A program made the translations under genes and the position numbers. A stretch of DNA of 64,000 bases from positions 96,783-160,782 of the forward strand of contig JBPCLP010000039.1 in NCBI GenBank assembly GCA_051003195.1. The letters run 5' to 3'. Origin of the DNA: Candidatus Sumerlaeaceae bacterium. GTDB lineage: Bacteria; Sumerlaeota; Sumerlaeia; Sumerlaeales; Sumerlaeaceae. Position 1 is the stretch's first letter. Each line of letters opens with the position of its first letter. The notes below the pieces were generated by a model. The model was not told where the DNA came from. It did not search any database and saw nothing but the letters and a program-made list of their open reading frames with translations. Shown one piece after another: positions 1 to 8,829 of the stretch.

Positions 1-270
1 GCTCACGCCAGCAGTCGCAGAGCCAAGCCCGCGCGGCAATTGCCAGGTTGGAAAATCTGGCGCCGGGTAGGTATTGTGGTCCACTGCATAGGCTTCGATC
101 GAAACCCCGACAGAGCGCATGTCTGCCTTCGTACGGCTTACTTTGCTGCGCGTTTGCGCCTCGAGAAAGTTAGGTACTGCGATCGCCGCGAGAATGGCGA
201 TGATCGCCACCACAATCAAAAGCTCAATCAGAGTAAACCCGTTGCGCAATTTCCAGCACTGTTCATGCAC
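1..270 (-). CDS. Prepilin-type N-terminal cleavage/methylation domain protein (3'-truncated by window edge)
   Basis: Manual minus-strand translation from GTG at 270 (GGAGG upstream; alternative in-frame ATG at 291): VHEQCWKLRNGFTLIELLIVVAIIAILAAIAVPNFLEAQTRSKVSRTKADMRSVGVSIEAYAVDHNTYP. Has the G|FTLIE class III signal. Not in the ORF track. Confidence 0.9.
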   Translation of the reverse strand, partial: MHEQCWKLRNGFTLIELLIVVAIIAILAAIAVPNFLEAQTRSKVSRTKADMRSVGVSIEAYAVDHNTYPAPDFPTWQLPRGLGSATAGVS

Positions 271-495
271 CTTGTAGTACCTCCGACCCATGCAGGGTTC
301 CGCTGAACTGCATTCCGCTGCCACAATCAGGATAGCGGCAGCGACACAGACACTGTAAAGCAAATAGCACCAGCGCTACACTGCTACTGGTTCACTAGAA
401 GTTTGCGCGCGTAAATGCCGATACAAATGCGCGCTTGTTGCACGCGCCTCGCACCCTGCAGCATCCCCCATACAGCCCCACGTTCGTCAGAAGCG

Positions 496-1614
496 TCAGC
501 CTGGAGTTCTTGTTGTCGATACGATCCGGCGTGTGCCAGCCGGGGCAGCGGTGGAATCACGGACGATCAGCGTGGTCGGTAATACGAGATTTCTCACAGG
601 CGCCGAGTTGCCGGCGAACTGGTGCATCAGCATCTGCGCTGCCGACTCGGCGATGTTCTGTCTCGGAAATGCTACCGTCGTGAGCGGCGGCACATGGTAG
701 GCCGACCAGTCATCATCGTCAAAACCGGTCACAGAAATGTCCTGCGGCACTGACAGGTCATGCCGCCGGGCGGCTTCAATTGTGGCGCGAGCCAGCTTGT
801 CACTGGCGCAAACAATCGCAGTGGGAGGTTTCGATCTTCCACCGGACAACACCTTCTCAAATGCCGTGAATGCACTTCTTTCAAATTGTTTGAAGTCGCA
901 CGGTACAATCCAGGGTTCACGCGGCTTCATACCTGCAGCCTGCAGCGCCGAGCGAAAGCCCAGTTCCCTTGCATGCGTATCCGGCCATCCCGGTGTGCCA
1001 CCAAAATAAGCGATGCGGTGATGCCCCAGCCCAATCAGGTGCATCACCGCCTGTCGCAGGCCTGCCTTGTTGTCGAACCCCACGGAATGAACTTTGCGGC
1101 TGCTCTCTTTTTTCTGAAGCTGCGTATAAAGAAGAACGATCGGCACGTTCAAACGCTGAAGCTCCAGCAGCGCCTGTGGCGACAAACGTTCCAGGTGAAT
1201 CGCCAGTCCGCCGCACCTGCCTGACCGCACGAGTTTGGAAATCCACTCGATCGGCGCCGCATGCTCCGGGATAATCGATAGAGTCAGGTCGTACCCGCCC
1301 GATGTCAGCGTCTCGTAGAAAGCCGTAAACGTATCGCCGAGTAAATGGCTTGTGCGCCGTGCCAGCATAACCAGCGCAGCCGTGCTTACCTTCCCGGTCC
1401 TCAAAGCTCGCCCGAGCACGTTGGGAGTGTAACCAAGCTCGTTCGCTGCCGCGAGGATCAGATCCCGCGTTTTAACCGAGACGGTATGCGGACGGTTATA
1501 CACCCGCTGCACCGTAAACACAGAGCAACCAGCCCTTTCCGCAACGTCCGCGGGGCCTGCGCTTTTTACCTCCGTCTTCCCGGTCTTCATGCGTGCCATA
1601 GGCGTCGGTTCCAT
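496..1614 (-). CDS. LacI-family transcriptional regulator
   Basis: N-terminal HTH (DVAERAGCSVFTVQRVYN...LGYTPN) and sugar-binding domain (LGHHRIAY, VPQDISVTGFDD, PPLTTV). Confidence 0.93.
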   Translation of the reverse strand: MEPTPMARMKTGKTEVKSAGPADVAERAGCSVFTVQRVYNRPHTVSVKTRDLILAAANELGYTPNVLGRALRTGKVSTAALVMLARRTSHLLGDTFTAFYETLTSGGYDLTLSIIPEHAAPIEWISKLVRSGRCGGLAIHLERLSPQALLELQRLNVPIVLLYTQLQKKESSRKVHSVGFDNKAGLRQAVMHLIGLGHHRIAYFGGTPGWPDTHARELGFRSALQAAGMKPREPWIVPCDFKQFERSAFTAFEKVLSGGRSKPPTAIVCASDKLARATIEAARRHDLSVPQDISVTGFDDDDWSAYHVPPLTTVAFPRQNIAESAAQMLMHQFAGNSAPVRNLVLPTTLIVRDSTAAPAGTRRIVSTTRTPG

Positions 1615-1694
1615 TGTATCATAGTAAGTGCAAGTGCCACATCACCTCGGTCGAAAAGTAATGCGTTACGAAAAGATTTGACACCCGCGAATCG

Positions 1695-1752
1695 AATTGA
1701 CCAACGTTGGTCAATTTCTCGGGGCAATTGAGAAATCGTCTCAATTGACCCC
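1695..1752. promoter_or_regulatory. Two palindromes, candidate operator(s) in the divergent lacI/amidase intergenic region
   Basis: Perfect 22-bp AATTGACCAACGTTGGTCAATT (1695-1716) and GGGGCAATTGAGA-AATCG-TCTCAATTGACCCC (1721-1752). Confidence 0.55.
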
Positions 1753-1836
1753 TCGGACAACCGCGGCTTTACGTTTCGCCAAACGCGGCACGTGCCGCTC
1801 GCTTCGCCGTTATTTTAACGGGAAAGGGTTCATCAC

Positions 1837-4023
1837 ATGATCTCATTCCGGGGCGCAGCAGCGCCTCTCATTTCTTTCTGCCTGATCCACTCACTGGCAC
1901 CCGTGCCCTCTTTCGCGGCGGGAATTGCCCAGCAGCCCAATATCTGCACCCGCGGTTGCTGGGGAGCGGTCTATGCTCCCATCCAGACCGGCAGTCAGCC
2001 CGATCGCGCCATCCTTCATCATACCGCAATCCAGAATGACTTCAATACCAACGGGATCGAAGACTCCAAGGCGAACGTTCGCGCCATTCAAAGCCTCCAC
2101 ATGAACTCCAACGGCTGGTCGGACATCGGCTATCACTTTCTCGTCGACAAGTTCGGCAATACTTTCGAAGGCCGCGCGGGCACCATGACAAACTGGGTGA
2201 TCGGATCCCACAGTTACATGGCGAACACCCGCTCGGTCGGCTTCAACATCATGGGATACTTCCATCCACCTTACAGCCAGGTGCCGACCGCGCCCATGCT
2301 GAGCGCCCTCGAGGACGTGATCGCCTGGTACATGCCTAATGGCTGGTCCGCTCACGGCAACCCCGGCTACGCGACAGGCGAGTTCGGAACGTCACCCCCG
2401 AATATCTGCGGCCATAACGAGGTCAGCCAGACCGCCTGCCCCGGCGAAAACGTCGTCCCGCTGGAACCTGAAATTCGCAACCAGGTGCAGTTGCGCATCG
2501 ATACCGGTTCCGGTGGAAACGCCGGCCCCACGCTCAACCGCAAGCGCTACGGTCACACCGTTGGCTATAACGACGATGGTCGGCAGCAGCTCTATTTCAT
2601 TGGCACAGACGGCAACCTCTACTCCCGCTGGCAGAACAACCTGAACTCGGGCCCGTGGACATGGGAAGGACACGGAAACCCGGGCGTTACACTGCGGCCC
2701 GGCGTTGCCACCAGTACCAACGAGGAGGGAACCCAACAGATCTTCGTCATCGGCACCAACGGCAATGTGTACTCAAAATACCAGACCATGGTCAATGCCG
2801 GCTGGTCCGGGTGGGAAGCGCATGGCAATCCGGGTGTTCTGTTGCAGGCCGGCATTGCGACCAGCGCCAATGCCGATGAACGCCAGCAGTTCTTTGCCGT
2901 CGGTACTGACGGGAATCTCTATTCGAAGTTCCAGACGACACTGAACGCGGGATGGTCGGCATGGGAAGCACACGGTAATGGCGGATCGCCTCTGCGTGGA
3001 ACCCTCGACGCCGGCTGGAACCAGGACGGCCGCCAGCAGGTGTTTGCCACCGGGACCGACGGAAACCTCTACTCAAGGTACCAGGGAGTGCTCAACGCCG
3101 GGCCATGGTACTGGGAGCCGCACGGCAATCCCGGTGTGTCGCTCGCCGACGGAGTTACGGCAAACGCCAATGCCGACGGCCGACAGGAAATATTTGTCAC
3201 CGGTACCAACGGGGTTATGTATTCGCGGTGGCAGGGTGTTGCCAATGCGGGGCCGTGGTACTGGTCCGACCAGGGCAACGGCGGAGCGGCACTTTTGCCG
3301 CGCATCGCCGGCGGAGCCAACCAGGACGGGCGCCAGCAGGTTTTTGAGATCGGCAATAATGGGAGCCTCTACAGTAAATGGCAGGGCGCGGTCAATGCCG
3401 GCCCATGGTACTGGGAAGGCCACGGCAATCCGGGTGTCGGCCTCCAGGTCGGAACCGGGTGTGGCATCAACGGCGATGGCCGGCAGGAGCTGTTTGCAGT
3501 CGGAACCGATGGGAACGTTTATTCCAAGTGGCAGAACGCCCCGAACTCCGGCTGGTCCGCATGGGGAACGCATGGAAATCCCGGGGTCACGCTCGTCGGG
3601 ATAAGTGCGGTTCCTCTTCCACCCGATGTCATCGTGGACAATTCCCAGGCTGGTTTCTCCGTCATTGGTAGCTGGGCGACGGGCACCTCGGCGGCGGACA
3701 AATACGGCGCCGACTACCGCTATCGTTCGGCATCCGCCGTCACGGAGCCAGCCACATGGGCGTACACGGCCGCACAAACCAGGAGCTACCAGGTCTACGC
3801 ATGGTGGTCCCAGGGCACGAACCGGTCCGCCAGCGCGCCCTACGACATCAGCACCGCAGGCGGAACCGTTCGAGTGAACAAGAACCAGCAGACAGGCGGC
3901 GGCTCATGGCAAAGCCTCGGCATCTTTAACATCAACGCGGGTGCCAACACCGTTAAACTCTCCTGCTGGACCACAACCGGGTACATTGTCCTGGCAGACG
4001 CAATCAAGGTCGTGGCGCGGTAG
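1837..4023 (+). CDS. Secreted PGRP-like N-acetylmuramoyl-L-alanine amidase with 7-repeat beta-propeller and golvesin-like C-terminal domain
   Basis: Signal peptide; Amidase_2/PGRP motifs ILHHTA, GWSDIGYHFLVD, FEGR, GHNEVSQTACPG; seven ~50-aa repeats (N.DGRQQ.F..GTDGNLYS.WQ...NAG..W..HGNPG); C-terminal VIVDN...ADAIK domain. Confidence 0.85.
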   Translation: MISFRGAAAPLISFCLIHSLAPVPSFAAGIAQQPNICTRGCWGAVYAPIQTGSQPDRAILHHTAIQNDFNTNGIEDSKANVRAIQSLHMNSNGWSDIGYHFLVDKFGNTFEGRAGTMTNWVIGSHSYMANTRSVGFNIMGYFHPPYSQVPTAPMLSALEDVIAWYMPNGWSAHGNPGYATGEFGTSPPNICGHNEVSQTACPGENVVPLEPEIRNQVQLRIDTGSGGNAGPTLNRKRYGHTVGYNDDGRQQLYFIGTDGNLYSRWQNNLNSGPWTWEGHGNPGVTLRPGVATSTNEEGTQQIFVIGTNGNVYSKYQTMVNAGWSGWEAHGNPGVLLQAGIATSANADERQQFFAVGTDGNLYSKFQTTLNAGWSAWEAHGNGGSPLRGTLDAGWNQDGRQQVFATGTDGNLYSRYQGVLNAGPWYWEPHGNPGVSLADGVTANANADGRQEIFVTGTNGVMYSRWQGVANAGPWYWSDQGNGGAALLPRIAGGANQDGRQQVFEIGNNGSLYSKWQGAVNAGPWYWEGHGNPGVGLQVGTGCGINGDGRQELFAVGTDGNVYSKWQNAPNSGWSAWGTHGNPGVTLVGISAVPLPPDVIVDNSQAGFSVIGSWATGTSAADKYGADYRYRSASAVTEPATWAYTAAQTRSYQVYAWWSQGTNRSASAPYDISTAGGTVRVNKNQQTGGGSWQSLGIFNINAGANTVKLSCWTTTGYIVLADAIKVVAR

Positions 4024-4049
4024 AGGCGTAACCGATCTCGGCAAGAGAA

Positions 4050-4077
4050 AGTCCCCGGCGATCCTTTGCCGGGGACT
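4050..4077. terminator. Hairpin between convergent genes, likely terminator
   Basis: AGTCCCCGGC-8 nt-GCCGGGGACT, 10-bp perfect stem. Confidence 0.6.
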
Positions 4078-4155
4078 ATTGAAAAGTTCTGTATATTTAC
4101 AGGGGCGGTCCGGTTCAACCAAAACGCGAGCCGGGCTGGTGCCCTGATCGTATCG

Positions 4156-4956
4156 TCAAAACAGCGACCATTCTTCCACTCTGGCCGGCGAAGGATTGAC
4201 TTCCGACCAGGTGTTGCTGACGCGAATGTCGTCGATTGACATGGTCATTCTTTGCGAGCTGCCCTGACGTATCGCGAACATGGTTGGGATTGTGTCGGCA
4301 GTCGTTTCACTCTGCTGCACATTAGGAGCCGGAGGAACGGCGTTGCCGGTGGGTGGATTGAGCCACAGCTTGGCAATATCATTCCCTGTGCCGGGGACGA
4401 ACTCGAGACCAAGAATAACCTTGTAGACCGTTCCGGTTGTTAAGTCCGTCGTCAGATGTTCCACAGGTTGTGTGCCCCCGCCACGGTGGGTGCGAATGCC
4501 AAGCGTGTAGGTGCTGACGATTGTGTCCGATTTGACATACATACGCAACGGCCAGACGCTCGTATCGACCATAAATGGAACGGTAGCCTCGGTTGCTGCG
4601 ATAACGGCGGTTATGTCATCCACTCGGAACAAAAAGGAGGCGTAAATCGTACTGCCATCCGTCGTGGTGAGTGCTCCCATGTTGCGGTTCACGTCTTCGC
4701 TGCTCGCGAAGCGATGACCGAAAGATGCGCCAGCCGCACCGGTTAAGGGTGTTGCCCCCGGGTAGGTTAAGTTGGACGTGTTTTTTGCGGTAACAGGATT
4801 TAAAGTTGCGCCAGAGTGTGCGGTCCAGCCGTTGGCGGTGAGCGCGGTGTTATCGGTGTAGTTAAATCCGTCCGATAACGTGAGAGCGGCCATCGACGTA
4901 GACGTGATGGCGACCCCCGCTAAAGTAATGCAGGCGAGCCTGAAAATTGTGAACAT
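4156..4956 (-). CDS. Secreted hypothetical beta-rich protein with C-terminal VEEWSLF motif
   Basis: GGAGG RBS, signal peptide, Thr-rich beta-sandwich-like body (DDIRVSNTW), ends PARVEEWSLF. Confidence 0.75.
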   Translation of the reverse strand: MFTIFRLACITLAGVAITSTSMAALTLSDGFNYTDNTALTANGWTAHSGATLNPVTAKNTSNLTYPGATPLTGAAGASFGHRFASSEDVNRNMGALTTTDGSTIYASFLFRVDDITAVIAATEATVPFMVDTSVWPLRMYVKSDTIVSTYTLGIRTHRGGGTQPVEHLTTDLTTGTVYKVILGLEFVPGTGNDIAKLWLNPPTGNAVPPAPNVQQSETTADTIPTMFAIRQGSSQRMTMSIDDIRVSNTWSEVNPSPARVEEWSLF

Positions 4957-5264
4957 TGCCTTTGTTCCTCCGATGTCTTAGTCAGTTTGCTATTAACAAT
5001 TGGTTGAGGGCACAACAAATTCAACTAAAATCGGTCTAATTTGGGGTTTTAGGTACGGTGGGTAGCAATGCGCCGTACTTTCGGTGCGAGAAACCATGCT
5101 CGGGGAGATTCCTGACCCACCAAAGAGAAACCCGTACCCCTCCGGGCGTGAAATCTACCATCAGCCACCCGCGCGTACGTTTGCGAAGTCCTTGACGAAT
5201 ACCGACCTCTAACGCCTCAGGATCATCAGGCGGCTGCGAGTTCGCGTCGCGATTAACGGAACAG

Positions 5265-7661
5265 GTGAAGATGAAGATAATGAGCGACGCGATTCCGGGA
5301 AGTGACGCCAGGGTATTCCCGCCGCGGCCAAATGCGACGAAGAGCGGCATGTTCCACTTCGTCACGTTCGCGTTCTTCGCACTTTTATCGCTCATCGTTT
5401 CTTTCCTGCCCGGCGATAAACCAAACACCATTCCAACCCAGTATATCGCGCCGCTCGGTGCTCTCATGTTTGGTGCGCTTGCCCTGCATGGGTGGAAGCG
5501 CCTGCGGTCTGCCCGCATCAGCTACGCGGCCGACGATAACGGCATATGGCGACTTGAGGATAACGCGAGCCGCGTTCAATGGACACAGATCGCCGACGTT
5601 CAGTTCGTTTACCCCATGGGCGTGGACGAGCTTCGGATAGATCTGATGGACGCCAGCGGGCGCAAGTTGATGGTGATTCGCACCGAGATGCTCGTCCGCG
5701 GCGGACAGACTCTCGTCGAGGAACTCTTCCGCCACCTCAGGCCGCTGCTTGAAACGAAGGCCCGCGATTACCTCTCCGGCGAAAAGCGATGGGGAATCGC
5801 AGGATTGAAAAACATGATGCGCATCGATGGCGAAATGCTGTATACCGAATACCCGGCTGGAAAGAAACAGGCGATTCCACTGCGCAGCATTTCGCGTGTC
5901 GAATGGATTCCGGGCGCTGTCTCAGGTGCGAAAAAAGGATTTGTAACGATCCACCACAGCGGGGGGCACGCCGAGCTGCCGCAATTCATCCAGGGTATGC
6001 AGCTCTTCCTGTTCGCGCTGAAGTACATGTGCGGCCTCGGCGACCGTGTAAACCCGCAGGTGTCCGAGGATATCACGCGCCGGGTCGACACGGTTCGCTC
6101 ATCGCAATTCTGGGTTGTGGTCGGGCGCATCAGCGGCATCGGCCTGATCATTGGCACATTGTTCCTTTTTGGAAGGATTGTCCTCGACCGGGTGGATGAA
6201 AGTAGCGCCAGGAACATGGGAGTTCCGGCCACGGCAGAAATTACCCGGAAAAGAGAATCCGGAATCCACGTACGTTATGTGGACGAAGCCGGCAAGCAGC
6301 ACGAAACGCCGTCGCGCATCAAAAAGACGGCTGACGCGACGCTCCAGGTTGGTGACCAACTGCGCATCCGCTATAACCCCGAAAAGCAGGACGCGATCTG
6401 GTTTTCTGAGAAGTACGAATTTGGCAGGACGTTCTGGCTGGTGCTGTCGAGCGGCTGCCTTTCCGCAATCATCCTTGGCATTGTACTTCTCGTGATGAGC
6501 TCCCGAAAACAGCGGCGGGATAAAGAACGCATCGAGCAGATTGAAATGCCCACCGTGGCTGCGCCTCCTCCGCTGCCCGCTCTAACTCCACCTCCCATTC
6601 CGTTCAACGGAACAGTAGCCGCACCGATGACAGCAGGCACAGACAATAGTGCGGTCGGCAGTGCGCCTCGAACATGCACTTCGTGTGGCAACGCAATCCA
6701 CGGAAGTTATTATCTTGCGGACGGCAAACCCTATTGCCCGGCATGTCGCGCGACGGCTTCCGTGGGCCTGAACAAACCTTCGAAAGGCATTCTGTTGAAG
6801 GCGTTCGCATTTGGCCTGCTTGGCGGAATTGTCGCAGGAGGATTATGGGCCATTGCAACGCTCATGACCGGCTACGAGCTGGGTATCGTGGCAATCTTCG
6901 TGGGTTTGACGGTCGGACTTTCGGTCAAGCGCGGAGCACGCGGCTACAGTGGACGCTCGCTGCAGGTCCTCGCACTGATTCTCACCTTGTTCGCGCTTTC
7001 CTACGCGATGATCCCGATTATGATCGTCACGGTTCGCAAGAATCCCGAGCTGATGGAAAAAGCTCGTGAGACCTGGTCGCGCGCAACGGGTGAGGACGAA
7101 GACGAGGAGCAGGAGGTGGAGGAATTACGGGCAATGCTCACGGCGCAGCGCGGGACAACGTCGACGCAGGCCTTCGCATCCAGGCGAAGCATGGCGGAGG
7201 ATGATTCGGGGACATCGGCGGCCCGGGCCCGCGTTGAAAAGAGCGATGAAGTTGTCGAAGCGGATGAGAACAGGCCCGACTCATCCACGCCTGGGAGCCA
7301 GGATAAGCGTTCGTCGCGAATCCTGTTCATGCGAAGCGACGGCACATCCGTCACACTCCACACAACCGAGTCGCTGGCGCAGCTGATTGCAGAGAATCGC
7401 GACGATGAGCCGAAGGAGTCCATTGGTTGGTCGATTGCCAAACTCATTGGTTTGCTTCTACTGGGGTTCGTCGCACTGATATTTGGACCTGTTGTCATTT
7501 ACCTGATGATCCTGTTTTCGTCGCCTTTCTCGGCGCTCTTTTTAGCGATCGCGCTGTGGGAAGCGTGGCGCATTAATCGACCGGTGAAGCGCACGTTTGT
7601 CGGCCCGTATACGGACGATGTTGGCATCAATTTCGACAAGGCGGATTTTACCAGGGGATGA
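5265..7661 (+). CDS. Multi-domain membrane protein (PH-like/DUF3592-like region, Pro-rich linker, CxxC-CxxC zinc finger, TM bundle)
   Basis: 798-aa ORF with several TM segments, GDQLRIRYNPEK (DUF3592-like), CTSCG...YCPAC; stop overlaps next start (ATGA). Start uncertain. Confidence 0.7.
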   Translation: MKMKIMSDAIPGSDARVFPPRPNATKSGMFHFVTFAFFALLSLIVSFLPGDKPNTIPTQYIAPLGALMFGALALHGWKRLRSARISYAADDNGIWRLEDNASRVQWTQIADVQFVYPMGVDELRIDLMDASGRKLMVIRTEMLVRGGQTLVEELFRHLRPLLETKARDYLSGEKRWGIAGLKNMMRIDGEMLYTEYPAGKKQAIPLRSISRVEWIPGAVSGAKKGFVTIHHSGGHAELPQFIQGMQLFLFALKYMCGLGDRVNPQVSEDITRRVDTVRSSQFWVVVGRISGIGLIIGTLFLFGRIVLDRVDESSARNMGVPATAEITRKRESGIHVRYVDEAGKQHETPSRIKKTADATLQVGDQLRIRYNPEKQDAIWFSEKYEFGRTFWLVLSSGCLSAIILGIVLLVMSSRKQRRDKERIEQIEMPTVAAPPPLPALTPPPIPFNGTVAAPMTAGTDNSAVGSAPRTCTSCGNAIHGSYYLADGKPYCPACRATASVGLNKPSKGILLKAFAFGLLGGIVAGGLWAIATLMTGYELGIVAIFVGLTVGLSVKRGARGYSGRSLQVLALILTLFALSYAMIPIMIVTVRKNPELMEKARETWSRATGEDEDEEQEVEELRAMLTAQRGTTSTQAFASRRSMAEDDSGTSAARARVEKSDEVVEADENRPDSSTPGSQDKRSSRILFMRSDGTSVTLHTTESLAQLIAENRDDEPKESIGWSIAKLIGLLLLGFVALIFGPVVIYLMILFSSPFSALFLAIALWEAWRINRPVKRTFVGPYTDDVGINFDKADFTRG

Positions 7662-8680
7662 GTACACGTTGTCCTGCATGCGAGGTTGAACATGACGAGG
7701 GGACGCTGGTCTGCAGCCGGTGTGGTACTCTCATATGGCGCGACCGACTGGCTGAACTGTTCCGTGAAAGCCGCGACGCGGAAGCGGCTCGGGAATATGA
7801 AGGATCCCTGAAAGCACTGGCGGAATGCGCGACGCTGCTGCCGCCTGACACGCGCCAGCACGCGCAAATTCAATCCGAAATTCAGCGGGTTGGGCATCTC
7901 TACAGCACGCAGCCGCGCGAGCTGAACCAGGCGTCGCTGGTTTCCCCTGAAATAGACGGGCTTCAGAATGCATCGGGCGGGAATTTCATGCGGGGCGCGG
8001 CGAGAAGCATGGGCCGGGGTCTCACGCGGCCATCCACTCTGATCTCACTGGCCATCTGGACGGCCTGTTTCTCACTGTTGATGGGATGGCAAAAAGCGCT
8101 GGTGTTCGGGCTCTTTATTTACGTCCATGAAATGGGCCATCTTCTCGCGATCCAGTATTACGGCTATCGCTTCGCGTGGCCGGTCTTCGTGCCTTTTCTC
8201 GGCGCGTTTGTTCTCCAGGGAAAGCACAGCGAAGACCGCCGTCAAAACATCATCATCGCTGCGGCAGGCCCGCTCGCAGGCAGCATCGCGAGCGGCCTGG
8301 TTTACATCGGGGTGCAGCTTTTTCCCGGCTCGCCTCAATGGCTGATTGAGGTTACAAACTTAAACCTCATCATCAATTTTGTAAACCTGTTACCCATCTG
8401 GGTGCTTGATGGTGCCCGCATCGCGAACCAGCTGACGAGGCGGCAGCTCGTGGCGGCCGCCATTGCGCTGGCAGTGCTCGCCGCAGCGAACTTTAATGGC
8501 TTTGCCTTTCTAATGGCAGCAGGATGGGTGGTGGGTACCGTTGCGATCTGGAACACCTTCGCGCTCCGGCACTCGCGTGCCACAACTTCGCAGAAAATCG
8601 CCGGCCCTTACGCGATGGTCATCCTCCTGCTGCTTGTACTGGCATACACGTGCAAGCTCGTGTCGCCCGCCGCGCAGTAG
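7658..8680 (+). CDS. Site-2 protease (M50) family protein with N-terminal zinc ribbon
   Basis: HEMGH, AAAGP, NLLPIWVLDG motifs; N-terminal CPAC...CSRC. Confidence 0.9.
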   Translation: MSTRCPACEVEHDEGTLVCSRCGTLIWRDRLAELFRESRDAEAAREYEGSLKALAECATLLPPDTRQHAQIQSEIQRVGHLYSTQPRELNQASLVSPEIDGLQNASGGNFMRGAARSMGRGLTRPSTLISLAIWTACFSLLMGWQKALVFGLFIYVHEMGHLLAIQYYGYRFAWPVFVPFLGAFVLQGKHSEDRRQNIIIAAAGPLAGSIASGLVYIGVQLFPGSPQWLIEVTNLNLIINFVNLLPIWVLDGARIANQLTRRQLVAAAIALAVLAAANFNGFAFLMAAGWVVGTVAIWNTFALRHSRATTSQKIAGPYAMVILLLLVLAYTCKLVSPAAQ

Positions 8681-8829
8681 TCCGGGCTATGGCGACACAA
8701 CAGGGGTCGTCGCTTGCTCAGGATGCGGCTTCCCTAAATGGACCGCCGCTTAAATACGCCTTCAAAGCCAGTTTTGGTTGAATCCTTCGACCCCGGCTGT
8801 GCTAGTTATTCCCCGGTGAATGACGCAAT

